NCBI GenBank assembly: GCA_965198175.1
Contig: OZ240245.1
Coordinates: forward strand, 3,584,001-3,648,000
Reading direction: 5' to 3'
Source of the DNA: Candidatus Poribacteria bacterium
GTDB taxonomy: Bacteria > Poribacteria > WGA-4E > PCPOR2b
Length of the DNA stretch: 64,000 bases
The position numbers and the translations under genes are program-made. Positions 8,043 to 18,289 of the stretch are shown in pieces. Each line of letters starts with the position of its first letter. Position 1 is the stretch's first letter. The notes under the pieces are model-generated. The model was given only the letters and a program-made list of their open reading frames with translations, had not been told where the DNA came from and made no database searches.

Positions 8043-10271
8043 TTACTGTTCTTCAAAACGCAGTAGTTCGGAGGAAGCTATGGATTCCAGGTGAATCGGT
8101 ATGCCATCCTGAACCAATCGTAAGCCGTCAATTGTGGCTGATTCGCCGGTGCTATCGAACGTGACAGCGTAGGTTTTTCCGCGATGAAGCCCCCTGGGAG
8201 TGAAAAGATAAGTGTCGGATTCGCTCTTGCCGATTCGGGCGATAGTCGCCCATCCTTTAGCGCGGTCTGGTGACGCATATTCGACAGCAAACCAGCCGTT
8301 CGCGGTCACATCGCCGCGGGCGGAGACGGGCGCGTGGTGATACATCTTGCAGGTCGGCAGCAGCGGGCGGATGAACTCTCTGTAGAGCTTAGCGTAGCGA
8401 AGGTAGTCGTTCCGGCGTTCACGGGTCAAACTCTCGCGACTCGGTGCGACCATCCCAGCAAAAATCATGGGTGTACCGAGCGTGAAGATGCTCCGCAGCA
8501 AAGTATCAAAGTTCTCAGGATATCCGATTCCCTCTCGACAGGCGCCGAACGCGGTTACGATGATTTCAGGCGGCAGCCCCATCGTCAAGCCGCTGTAGTT
8601 CTGGAGTACGTGGGGCAGCCAGAGCACATCGGTGAGATACGCCTCATGGAATCGGCTGACGACGCCGAGATCGTTGCGAGCTCCGCCTACGGCGCACTGC
8701 TGCAAGATTAGATTCGGATACCTCCTCTGGATCCGCTCGAAAAGGCTGTAGAATGCTTCATAATAACGCCAGTAGTTGTTTTCTACATAGCCGTCTCGAC
8801 TTGTTGCGGGACCTTCGTAAGTGAAGAGGGGATTGTAGTCGAGTCTGAATAGGTCTAATTCGTAACTCTTGATAAGCCGCACCAGTTCGGACTCAACGTA
8901 TTCGGCGACTTCCGGTCGGGATAGGTTCAGGATGCCACTCGGTCCAATCCAGTCCGGGTGTTCCTTCACGATTTTACACCCTTTTCCGTAAGCACGTTCA
9001 ATCTCGCCGTAGATACCGAATCGGAGCCCTTTTTGATGGACGTATTCAACAAGGGGCTCCAAGCCGCGCGGGAACCGGTTAGGGGATGGAAACCAGTCCC
9101 CTTGTTCGTCCCACCATCCTGCGTCTAGGGTGAACAGCTCGGCACCGATGGACTCGGCAATGTCGATACATTCGCGCACGGTCGACTCGTCGAAGATACG
9201 GCGATTTGCATCATCTACTTCGCTAGCCGCATTCTCGGCGAATGCGTAACCTCCGCGTTCGAGGTAGCCCTGGTCGCCGGGGACCAAGTATTGAATCCGG
9301 TAGGCGGATTCGGTACCGACGGACGGGAGGACGAAGCGCCGCAAGTGGTCGTGCATCGCCTGAACCGCTTCGTCGAGATCGCCTGAGACGAGCCCGAGGT
9401 GAACTGCGGGTGTTTCGATTGTCTCTCCTGGCACAATCACGCGCTGCGGAGCCTCTGCCGAGGGACCCAGCCTAAATTTCAGAAGATCTTGGGCGGACGA
9501 CCGTAAGGGTCCCCATCGCCGCTCATAGTCAGGATTGACACCTTCGTGGCAGTCGAACTCCATGCGCCAGTTGGCTGACCATGCTAGATGACCGATTAGG
9601 TATTCTCCTTTTGCCCGGTTATTGACAATAAAGAAGGGGTCATCGAACCCTTGACCCTTGTCGCATTCCACGATTTTGGTTCCGGTTGACAGCGGCTCCC
9701 ATTTGAACCAGCCTTCGTAGCCCCAGTCACTCTCGCTGAAATAGCCCAAGTTGAAGGCGCGGTCGAGCCCTTCCGGCGGAAAATGTTTGTGCCCTGCGTG
9801 CGCCCTTATAAGGCTTGACCAAGGGTAGACTTTTGTCAGCGCCATCGGTTCGTCGGCGTTATTCGTAATTTCGAGCCAACGTGTCAGCACCGGTGTCCCG
9901 TCGAGTAGGGTATGCAGTCTGACGCCGATAGGGCGGACGGTATTGGAGAGTTCAACCACAAAGTGGCGAGCGCCACGGTTGGTCACTGCGACTTCGACGC
10001 CGGATATCCAACGCCAGCCCGTGGACAGCGGGAAATGTTCAATCTCGAGTTGGAAGGCATCCTCTTCCCAGAGCTCGTAAACCCAATTGGAGCGACCATT
10101 AGCGTTCCAGTATCGTCCGACCCATCGATCGCCGAGCAGGGCTTCAACGTAGATGGTTCTGCCGGAGGCGAATTGGATTTGATGGTCGGCGGCTTTGCGA
10201 GTCGCAATGCCAGTTTCTTTGTCCATACCGCTCCTCAGCGTTTGACGCAGTTTAACCGAAATAGAACCCAA
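8043..10271 (-). CDS. GH36-like alpha-galactosidase
   Basis: LFTLDAGWW, RFPRGL, GIYGEIE, FRLDYN, QQCAVGGARND motifs. Confidence 0.8.
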   Translation of the reverse strand: MGSISVKLRQTLRSGMDKETGIATRKAADHQIQFASGRTIYVEALLGDRWVGRYWNANGRSNWVYELWEEDAFQLEIEHFPLSTGWRWISGVEVAVTNRGARHFVVELSNTVRPIGVRLHTLLDGTPVLTRWLEITNNADEPMALTKVYPWSSLIRAHAGHKHFPPEGLDRAFNLGYFSESDWGYEGWFKWEPLSTGTKIVECDKGQGFDDPFFIVNNRAKGEYLIGHLAWSANWRMEFDCHEGVNPDYERRWGPLRSSAQDLLKFRLGPSAEAPQRVIVPGETIETPAVHLGLVSGDLDEAVQAMHDHLRRFVLPSVGTESAYRIQYLVPGDQGYLERGGYAFAENAASEVDDANRRIFDESTVRECIDIAESIGAELFTLDAGWWDEQGDWFPSPNRFPRGLEPLVEYVHQKGLRFGIYGEIERAYGKGCKIVKEHPDWIGPSGILNLSRPEVAEYVESELVRLIKSYELDLFRLDYNPLFTYEGPATSRDGYVENNYWRYYEAFYSLFERIQRRYPNLILQQCAVGGARNDLGVVSRFHEAYLTDVLWLPHVLQNYSGLTMGLPPEIIVTAFGACREGIGYPENFDTLLRSIFTLGTPMIFAGMVAPSRESLTRERRNDYLRYAKLYREFIRPLLPTCKMYHHAPVSARGDVTANGWFAVEYASPDRAKGWATIARIGKSESDTYLFTPRGLHRGKTYAVTFDSTGESATIDGLRLVQDGIPIHLESIASSELLRFEEQ

Positions 10272-10292
10272 TGACTGTGAAACTATCGAATC

Positions 10293-11360
10293 TTACACAG
10301 ATTCGGATGGGTCAACACCGAACTTGTCAGCGAGGGCGCCCAAATCTGCAATTACCGATGAGAGCATGGGGATTCCCTCTTTAAGATACCGGGCGCGTTT
10401 TTCGTGTTCCGGCTCGCCCGGCAAGTAGATACGGTCGTAGCCGGGGGCGAGCTCTGCAGATTTCATCTGTTGGATTAGGTTGTCAACTCTGGCTTTGAAT
10501 TCGGCGACAGGCAAAAAGGCAGTGATGTTGATGGCTTGGAAGAAATGACCGACATTGCGGGCGACTTTGAGTTTTTCGTGTCGAACGACTTGACGGGCAA
10601 AATTTGCGCCCATGAGCACAGCGGCGAGCACTTCAAAGACCAGCGTGAGCGCGTAGCCCTTGTAGTCACCGATGGGAAGTACCAGTCCGGCTCTGGCTTC
10701 CGCAGGATCCTCGGTCGGTTCTCCCTGCGAGTTAAGCGCCCACCCTTTGGGTATCTTTTCCCCTTTACGGATGGCGAGATCGAGTTTCCCGCCTGCGACG
10801 ACGCTGGTCGCCATGTCGAGCACAATGGGCAGTTCTTCGCCAGCGGGTATGGCGACGCCGAGGGGGTCGTTGCCCATGGTAGGCGTCAGACCGCCCCAGG
10901 GCGCCATAATCGGTCCACCGTTCGTGGTGGCGATTCCAATCATGTCGTGAGGCAGCGCCATCTGCGCCCAGTGGGCACAGGCGCCGAAGTGACTGCTGTT
11001 GCGCGCCCCGGCGACGCCGATCCCGGAAGCCCTCGACTTGTCAATCGCAACCTCCATTGCGCGCTTGCTCACAACCTGTCCGAGACCGTTGTCCCCGTCT
11101 ATCACGGCAGTCCCACCCGTCTCTGTCACAACCCGCACATCCGGTTTGGCGTTTGTTCCCCCTTGTATGAGCCTGTCAACGTAGCCGGGGAGGCGCATCA
11201 TGCCGTGAGAGTGCACTCCTCGAAGGTCGGTTTCTACGAGGCTGCCGATTGTTATTTCGGCATCATCGATCGGTACATCCAGCTTTTCCAAGACCCCTAC
11301 ACCTACTTTTCGCAGGAATTCAGCGTGGACCGTTGTGTATAATTCTGAGTTTTCCTTCAT
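10293..11360 (-). CDS. Ldh_2 (malate/L-lactate/sulfolactate dehydrogenase-like) oxidoreductase
   Basis: DLRGVHSHG, NSSHFG, LDMATS, YKGYAL, IYLPGE. Confidence 0.9.
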   Translation of the reverse strand: MKENSELYTTVHAEFLRKVGVGVLEKLDVPIDDAEITIGSLVETDLRGVHSHGMMRLPGYVDRLIQGGTNAKPDVRVVTETGGTAVIDGDNGLGQVVSKRAMEVAIDKSRASGIGVAGARNSSHFGACAHWAQMALPHDMIGIATTNGGPIMAPWGGLTPTMGNDPLGVAIPAGEELPIVLDMATSVVAGGKLDLAIRKGEKIPKGWALNSQGEPTEDPAEARAGLVLPIGDYKGYALTLVFEVLAAVLMGANFARQVVRHEKLKVARNVGHFFQAINITAFLPVAEFKARVDNLIQQMKSAELAPGYDRIYLPGEPEHEKRARYLKEGIPMLSSVIADLGALADKFGVDPSESV

Positions 11361-11515
11361 GTGTGTCTTTCTTTCTCCCTTGTATATACTAAAGTCAAAA
11401 TTGCGAGATTATGTTCATTTTCCGATCGTCAAAAAAGGTAACTCACGATAATGCGTTTCAGGTTTTGAGTGGATAGGAACGGATTAACTTGAAACAGGGA
11501 GCTCATCCTCACCAG

Positions 11516-12172
11516 CTAATGCACGGCGCCTGATGCTTCAACGACCCAACTAATCGCCTGACAGACCAGTTTGCGGTAATTTGGATTGCGGTACGCAAAC
11601 GCGTCGTGACCGTGTTGGATGTAGACTATCGGAGAATTCGCGTAACGATGCGTCCAGCCGATGACCGACGCGCTGTCGGGATGATCTGTGCGAAGGAGAA
11701 CATGCACGTTTGGGTTGACGGCATAACCCTTGTAGGTCTCATCCTGAATCCCGAAATCGTCAATTCCGCGTGTCACTGGATGATTTGGGTCGGCGATTCT
11801 TACTGTGAATTGAACGTCGTGTCTGACCGTACATTCATCGGAGTTCCAGACGCCGCCCACGATTCGATCATACTCATCCCACTCCCGGAACGAGATTAGG
11901 GCATGGTGGAGTGAGACAATCCCTACACCGTGATTCAACAGATTTACGTATGCCGCTTGTTGCGCGGGTGTGATTTCCTGCCACATATCGTAAAACACAA
12001 GCGCATCATAGTCGTTTGCGCCTTCGATAGTCAGCTGTCCAAATGCATCGGGGAACGTCGCAGCTTCGTAGCTGAGATTGTCGAGACTGTCAAACATGCC
12101 CCAGAATGATTCCGGTTGGAAATCGTGACCGCCGGTAATTACTAGCACGTGGTTTCTTTGACTTGTTGTCAT
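11516..12172 (-). CDS. ThuA-like (GATase-fold) protein
   Basis: VLVITGGHDF, HPVTRGI, QDETY, IQHGHD; start moved to ATG 12172 with a GGAG RBS. Confidence 0.8.
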   Translation of the reverse strand: MTTSQRNHVLVITGGHDFQPESFWGMFDSLDNLSYEAATFPDAFGQLTIEGANDYDALVFYDMWQEITPAQQAAYVNLLNHGVGIVSLHHALISFREWDEYDRIVGGVWNSDECTVRHDVQFTVRIADPNHPVTRGIDDFGIQDETYKGYAVNPNVHVLLRTDHPDSASVIGWTHRYANSPIVYIQHGHDAFAYRNPNYRKLVCQAISWVVEASGAVH

Positions 12173-12225
12173 TGTTTGGCTCCTAATCTGACATTTATCC
12201 GAATAACAGTTGAAAGTCCCACCCT

Positions 12226-12900
12226 TTATGATATCACCTGACGTTTGCGAATCAGGGTCGGGATGAGCGATACGAGGACGATGAAGACGCCAGCGATCGC
12301 CAGATACATCAATGTCACCCTGATATTTCCTTCGCCGACGTTCACTGCGGCGCCCAGTTGGACATAAGCGACTGTGCCAGGCAACATGCAGATCCACGAG
12401 ACCAAGAAGTAAGTGGAAAACTTAATCTGCGTGAGCCCATAAGCGTAATTCTGCAGATTGAAGGGAAAGATTGGAACGAGCCGTGTAATCATCAACATAC
12501 GCCACCCCTGCTTCCTAACCCCATCGTCAATTTTCCGAAACTGGGCATTGCCGGCAACCCACGCTTCAACCATGCCGCGAGCGGTATAACGAGCAATTAG
12601 AAAAGCACATGAAACCCCGATAGCCGATCCGATTGAGGCGTAGACAACTCCCCAGAGCGGTCCAAAAGCAAGCCCCGAAAGTGCGGTAACGGGCAAACCC
12701 GGCAGAAAGAACACGACTGCAACAACATAAAAGCCGATAAAAGTCAAAGGTGCAATTGCGCCAAAGCTGTTGATTTTTTCCTTGATTTTGGGGATGTTCT
12801 CCCAAGTTAGATATTCAGCCGCACCCGAATATCTCAAGAAAACGTACACGACTCCGATTGCAGACAAGGCGATAATTAGTTTGATTAGGTTTTTGTTCAT
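12226..12900 (-). CDS. TVP38/TMEM64 (DedA/SNARE-associated) membrane protein
   Basis: GLAFGPLWG, RLVPIFPFNLQNYAYGLT. Confidence 0.9.
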   Translation of the reverse strand: MNKNLIKLIIALSAIGVVYVFLRYSGAAEYLTWENIPKIKEKINSFGAIAPLTFIGFYVVAVVFFLPGLPVTALSGLAFGPLWGVVYASIGSAIGVSCAFLIARYTARGMVEAWVAGNAQFRKIDDGVRKQGWRMLMITRLVPIFPFNLQNYAYGLTQIKFSTYFLVSWICMLPGTVAYVQLGAAVNVGEGNIRVTLMYLAIAGVFIVLVSLIPTLIRKRQVIS

Positions 12901-12971
12901 CCTGCCTCTCTTTTCGGAAACGCCCTTTCCCCGGATTGCAGCGACAGCAATTGTTTTGGGTTGCCGCGAAC

Positions 12972-13775
12972 TCAACGACCCTCCAAGTATCCTCTGATTT
13001 TCGGAACATTATCGGTCCACATTCCACCAATCTCGTTCTGCAGCAGCCATGCCACATCACGCTGCGTGCGGACAAATCCACCTTCAACGACGATGTCTTT
13101 CGTTTTGAGTTTTCTGACTTTGCGCTTCAGCGAACGGAAGAAGAAATTGTAAAGACAGAAGTGGTTCACTTTGCTCCAACCGATGATGATTCGGTTGACG
13201 TTAATGTTTTCTGCTGCCTTAAGGAGATTTGCTACGGGGTTAATGATGATAACGCTCGTTTGAATGTTAGGTTCAAGTTGTTTGGCTTGGATGAGCAAAT
13301 CCTTCCGGGAATAAAACGTCAGAAGTCCAATCTTGTGGACAAGATTAAACTGTCGAATCCGATTTACAACGATTGGGATGAGTTCTTTTGAATCCTCTTT
13401 CGGCTCAATGAAGCACGGCAGTTGCGTTTCCTTGACAAACGAGAGCGTCTGATCCAGATGTGCAACAGGCTCATTGGAATCTAGCACTTTGAGCGTTTGA
13501 ACGTCATCCCAAGTCAGTTCGTGGAACGGAGAGGTACATCCCGTAACTTCTTGAATGCTGTCCTCATTAAAGCCCGTATGGATCATAATCGGCTGATGGT
13601 CTTTGGTCAAGCGGACATCGCACTCGAATACGTCTGCCCCGTCTTCAAACGCTTGTCTGAAGGCGGCGATTGTGTTCTCAGGACCACGTTCCAACCCGCC
13701 GCGATGCGCTAGCATTTGCGGCGTCACATGGGCATTTTGGATGCCGGTTTGGCAACCATGGAGTGCGTAGCTCAC
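12972..13775 (-). CDS. Glycerophosphodiester phosphodiesterase family protein
   Basis: AHRGG...PENTIAAF...ECDVRLTKD. Confidence 0.88.
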   Translation of the reverse strand: MSYALHGCQTGIQNAHVTPQMLAHRGGLERGPENTIAAFRQAFEDGADVFECDVRLTKDHQPIMIHTGFNEDSIQEVTGCTSPFHELTWDDVQTLKVLDSNEPVAHLDQTLSFVKETQLPCFIEPKEDSKELIPIVVNRIRQFNLVHKIGLLTFYSRKDLLIQAKQLEPNIQTSVIIINPVANLLKAAENINVNRIIIGWSKVNHFCLYNFFFRSLKRKVRKLKTKDIVVEGGFVRTQRDVAWLLQNEIGGMWTDNVPKIRGYLEGR

Positions 13776-13855
13776 GATTGTTTCCTTTTCAGTCTGAATC
13801 GATTAGATATCCGCTAAGCGCAGCTTAAATCTGAGCCTTGAGGTTTTCACTTGTG

Positions 13856-14647
13856 TCACATCGCAACAATCCGGCGCATCCGTTCCGCAATATCGACCTG
13901 AGCCGCCCAATCCCCACTCACTTCGTGGACAACATATTCGTCGTAACCGATTGCCCTGAATTCGCGTATTAGGGTTTGCCAATCGGTATCCCCTTCACGG
14001 AGGTTGACAAATTGATGTCGGTCGCGCTTGAAATCCTTGAAATGCACGCGCACGATTCGACCCCCAAGCTCACGAATCCAATGTTCCGGGTATCCGTAAG
14101 CCATCATGTTAGCTGTGTCGAGGTAGACTCCAATCCATTCGCTACGAATTGCATCAACAAATTCGCGCATCTCTCTGGGGCTAAGCAGGAATTTGTTCCA
14201 CACATTTTCCAAACCAATGACGGCACTGTTAGACGCGGCAACTGGCACCAAATCACTCAGAATGGACGATAGGTTATCCCAAACCGCCTGATATGTACCT
14301 TCAGCAGTCAGTTGACCTGGGTGCAACAGAATTGCATCCACGCCGAGCACGCCGGCAATTTCGAGGCTCCGGACGACCGTCTTGACGCCTCTCTCCCGAT
14401 CTTCCGCGTTGAGACTCAGCAAGTTTCCCCGATCTCGATAGTTGGCAACGATGCTGCTAACCTCGATCCCCGCAGAAACGCAACACTCGCCAACCGTCCT
14501 TATCTCCGATTGGCTCATACTGATGTCCGTGTCCCTTCCTTCCCCAAAGCTCAGTTCAACTGCGTCATAGCCCGCCTCTTGGCATAGTGTGAGCGTGTCG
14601 GCAAGTGACATATTTCCAAGGATGATTTGCGTAATGCCAATTTTCAT
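13856..14647 (-). CDS. Sugar-phosphate isomerase/epimerase (xylose isomerase-like TIM barrel)
   Basis: IGLENVWNKFL, YLDTAN, VHFKDF. Confidence 0.85.
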   Translation of the reverse strand: MKIGITQIILGNMSLADTLTLCQEAGYDAVELSFGEGRDTDISMSQSEIRTVGECCVSAGIEVSSIVANYRDRGNLLSLNAEDRERGVKTVVRSLEIAGVLGVDAILLHPGQLTAEGTYQAVWDNLSSILSDLVPVAASNSAVIGLENVWNKFLLSPREMREFVDAIRSEWIGVYLDTANMMAYGYPEHWIRELGGRIVRVHFKDFKRDRHQFVNLREGDTDWQTLIREFRAIGYDEYVVHEVSGDWAAQVDIAERMRRIVAM

Positions 14648-14795
14648 TTGTTCTCCTAATTCAGTTGGATTGGGGCGCGATAGCGGCGATGCGGAGGGTT
14701 GGCTTTGAACGATGTTGCGGCTGCGATAATTTCCCAATCGCATTCTCGCTTTGTGTTGAATACCTCATGAGATAGATTTCGTCGGCTCGTGGGTA

Positions 14796-16031
14796 TCAGG
14801 CATTGGAATGCCCCTGCCGAATGACCTTCGCCGTCTCTCTAGCGACAATGAACTCCTCATTCGCCGGTATGGCGAGAATCTTTGCCCGGCTATCAGAGGT
14901 AGAGAGTTCGCCTTCGCCGGTGTGATTCTCGTTCTTTTGTGGATTCAAAAGAATGCCTTGCCACTGGAGTCCATCGCAGATTGCCTCACGAGCTGTTGCG
15001 CTTTTTTCACCGATTCCACCGGTGAACGCGATTACATCAACCCCGCCGAGCGCGGCGATATACGCGCCAATATACTTTTTGACGCCATAAAAATAGGTGT
15101 CCAACGCCAAGCGTGCGTCGTCATTCCCCGCCTTTGCTGCTGCTTCGATATCTCGAACGTCCCCACTGACTCCGGAGATTCCAAGCAGACCAGATTCGTT
15201 GATTAATTGGCGACGAATCTCCTCTGTATCCCACCCTTCTTCCTCCATCACATAAAGCATGGCGAATGGGTCGAAATCGCCGCTCCTTGTCGACTGGATT
15301 AGCCCGTACTGTGTCGAAACGCCCATTGTGGTATCGATGGACTTGCCATCACGGATGGCGCACAACGACGAACTCCCCCCTAGATGGCAAGAGATGATTC
15401 GCAGCGCGCCCGAGCTTTGCGTCTGTTTGTGTCCATCGGGAGATGCGTCGAGTAGCTGCGGCACGCGCTCGGCGATGTATCGGTGCGATGCACCGTGAAA
15501 TCCATAGCGGCGGACTTGGTATTTCTCCACCCATGCACGTGGGACGCCGAAATCGTAAGCGTAGTCAGGGATGGTTTGATGGAACCACGTCTCTAAAACG
15601 GCGACTAGAGGCGTATTCGGCGCCAATTCTTGAAAAGCGCGAATGGAAGCAATGTAAGCGGAATTATGCAGGGGAACAAGCGGAATATACGCCTCAAGTG
15701 CTACGATGACCTGTTCCGTGATGATGGCGGAACGCCAGATACCCTTAGCAAAGACAGTTTTGAACCCTACACCCCCCAGCACATTTAGATTACGAATCGC
15801 ACCCCCTTTGGGATGTACTATCAAGTTGATACTGTGTGCGATGGCGGCGTTATGGTCGGGCGCCTCAATTGTTCCACGCACAATTGGTTTGTCAGGGCTG
15901 ACGTGTGTGAACGGCGATGGGGAATTGCCAATCCGTTCCACTACGCCCTTGACAAGCGTCTGTGACGTTCGAACATCAATAATCTGGTATTTGAACGAAG
16001 TGCTGCCAACGTTGGCACAGAGTATCAACAT
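14796..16031 (-). CDS. ackA: Acetate/propionate kinase
   Basis: NVGSTSFKY, PLHN, RRYGFHGASH, CHLGG, FTGGIGE. Confidence 0.9.
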   Translation of the reverse strand: MLILCANVGSTSFKYQIIDVRTSQTLVKGVVERIGNSPSPFTHVSPDKPIVRGTIEAPDHNAAIAHSINLIVHPKGGAIRNLNVLGGVGFKTVFAKGIWRSAIITEQVIVALEAYIPLVPLHNSAYIASIRAFQELAPNTPLVAVLETWFHQTIPDYAYDFGVPRAWVEKYQVRRYGFHGASHRYIAERVPQLLDASPDGHKQTQSSGALRIISCHLGGSSSLCAIRDGKSIDTTMGVSTQYGLIQSTRSGDFDPFAMLYVMEEEGWDTEEIRRQLINESGLLGISGVSGDVRDIEAAAKAGNDDARLALDTYFYGVKKYIGAYIAALGGVDVIAFTGGIGEKSATAREAICDGLQWQGILLNPQKNENHTGEGELSTSDSRAKILAIPANEEFIVARETAKVIRQGHSNA

Positions 16032-16434
16032 AATGCGCCCTTTGAAACAGAACGCTGCTGCGTTACCCACAATTAAATCAACGTTTGTTTATTTCCAAGC
16101 TTCTCAGCCGTGGAAAGATATGCGCGCACCCTTTACAGGATTGGGCTGCGTGAGACGTGTCTAGTGGATTCGGAATAAACCATTCCATTGGTTGTTCCTC
16201 ACGAACCAAGATAATAACTCAGAATCAGATATTTATCAAGCCGAAAAAGACGGATATTCCGCCTCGCGATGGAAACAGCTTTCTCCTCTAGTCTTGGCTA
16301 TAGACATCGCCCCCGTAAATTTCTAGGAATTTGCGGTTTGGTTGAGATTCAGTCCGGTTTGTGATAAAATACAGGGGTTAGATACGCTTAAAGCGACTTT
16401 GCGCCCAAGCGGCATCCAATTGGAGGATGCAGGC

Positions 16435-17379
16435 ATGAACGAGCCCTCAAAAAACGAGACAATTACTGCTATCGACGGAATCAAAGTCGCGCATGCAACG
16501 AACATAAGCGCACGTACGGGTTGCACAGTTATCTTGTGCGAGTCTGGCGCCGTCGCCGGCGTTGATGTCCGCGGTTCGGCTCCCGGTACTAGGGAAACGG
16601 ATGCCATCCGACCCGGGAACTTGGTTAAGAAGGCTCACGCCGTGTTGCTCACAGGCGGCAGTGCGTTCGGATTAGATGCGGTGGGAGGTGTCATGCAGTT
16701 CCTTAAAAAACGCCGCATTGGTTTTCCCGCCGGTCCGGCACGTGTGCCAATAGTGCCAGCTGCGGTGATTTTTGATCTGGGCGTCGGCGATTCCGGGGTA
16801 TATCCGGATCAGGAGATGGGCTACCGAGCTTGCGTGAATGCCACAGGCGATCCAGTCGAGATGGGACAGATTGGCGCGGGCACCGGTGCGACGGTTGGCA
16901 AATTGCCGGGATTCACCGCATCGAATGGCGGTGTTGGATCCGCATGTTACGTTCTCGAATCGGGCTTAATTGTCGCAGCAATTGTCGTCGTCAACGCGTG
17001 GGGAAATATCGTCCATCCGACGACGGGACTAACCGTGGCAGGAGCAAAGGATAAAGATACAAGCGAGTTCGTGGACATTGTGGCATATTTATGCGCTCAG
17101 GGACATGAGGGATGGGATGCGTTTCAAACAGCAGGAACAAACACAACTGTCGGTGTCGTTGCAACGAATGCCGCGCTTAACACCACAGAAGCGACGAAGG
17201 TCGCACAGATGGCGCACGATGGCTTGGCGAGAGTGATTCGCCCGGTTCACACGATGTTCGATGGAGATACTATCTTTGCGCTTTCTCTAGCTTCACAGGA
17301 AGCAGATGTGAATACAGTTGGAATCGTTGCAGTAGAAGTGGTGGCGGAAGCAATCTTGCGGGCAGTAAATTTGAATTAA
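16435..17379 (+). CDS. P1/S58 (DmpA-like) peptidase
   Basis: DVRGSAPGTRETD, GGSAFGL, NTTVGVVATN, HTMFDGDTIF. Confidence 0.9.
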   Translation: MNEPSKNETITAIDGIKVAHATNISARTGCTVILCESGAVAGVDVRGSAPGTRETDAIRPGNLVKKAHAVLLTGGSAFGLDAVGGVMQFLKKRRIGFPAGPARVPIVPAAVIFDLGVGDSGVYPDQEMGYRACVNATGDPVEMGQIGAGTGATVGKLPGFTASNGGVGSACYVLESGLIVAAIVVVNAWGNIVHPTTGLTVAGAKDKDTSEFVDIVAYLCAQGHEGWDAFQTAGTNTTVGVVATNAALNTTEATKVAQMAHDGLARVIRPVHTMFDGDTIFALSLASQEADVNTVGIVAVEVVAEAILRAVNLN

Positions 17380-17840
17380 ATCTCTTGTTGTTTAGTTGAA
17401 CCAACTCGTACGAAGGGAAGTTTGGATCTGAGTTGCCGAACCGTTCCACCGAGACCCTGTGAATCTTGCAAGAACTCAATATGTTCGGCTTGCTTTTCGA
17501 CCTGTTTACTTAAGTGCATAATAATTGCGAGCGCTCGTTTGCTTGATTCCTCAGAAGCGGCTTGCATCTGTTCAATTAAAGCATCAGATTTTTTTAACTC
17601 CTCTTCACCCTGAACGCGCAATCGTTCAAGCTCCTCATAAAGAAATTGATTCTCTTTCGCCAGCTGCTCAATGCGGGAGTCTTTTTCACGGATTAGCTTT
17701 TTCAGAGAAGAGATTTCTTTCTGGCGGGCAAATTGTACAAACGGTTCATAATAAGGAGCGTTCCGCACAGATTTTTCGCTTCTCTCAAGTGTATTTGGCG
17801 GTTGAACCGATGTTTCTACGGACGAAATAGATGTTTCCAT
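17376..17840 (-). CDS. Hypothetical coiled-coil protein
   Basis: Heptad-rich E/K/Q sequence; AAGGAG RBS. Confidence 0.7.
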   Translation of the reverse strand: METSISSVETSVQPPNTLERSEKSVRNAPYYEPFVQFARQKEISSLKKLIREKDSRIEQLAKENQFLYEELERLRVQGEEELKKSDALIEQMQAASEESSKRALAIIMHLSKQVEKQAEHIEFLQDSQGLGGTVRQLRSKLPFVRVGSTKQQEI

Positions 17841-18033
17841 TCGATCTTATTCTCCTTTTCCACCCCATCTCGGCACCGTCTAATCATACGCTTTGTCGTC
17901 AGGTAGGCAACTCGATTTTTCTTAGGATTGACATTTGGGGAGCCGATTTATCTACACCTAAAACGTGATTGAGGAAGATCGCGTTTCAGTTTTTTCATTA
18001 CACTATATTTATCGCAGATTACAAAATCAGACT

Positions 18034-18223
18034 GACGTTCCGCACCCGGATTTGGGATTTTGCAGGGTCTACTTGGACCCGCATCCTAACGGGCATTGAG
18101 CGGGGTGGACAGGTAGCAGGAGTGAGAGCAAACATTTTTAGTTCTGCTCTCACTTTTCCCCTGCGAGCTCTCTTGTGCAGCGAGCGCGCCTTGAATATCT
18201 GAAATTGTATCAAAACAAGCGCG
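18034..18223 (+). ncRNA. Candidate structured cis-regulatory RNA in the glnE leader
   Basis: Several long hairpins and alternative pairings (see findings). Confidence 0.4.
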
Positions 18224-18289
18224 GAATAAACTTTCGCTGTTGAGATGATTTAACTAATCGCCATAACAAAACTACCGGAACGCAAATCC

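Noticed and set aside
10536..11342. 268-aa plus-strand ORF
   Set aside because: Antisense shadow of the well-supported Ldh_2 gene.
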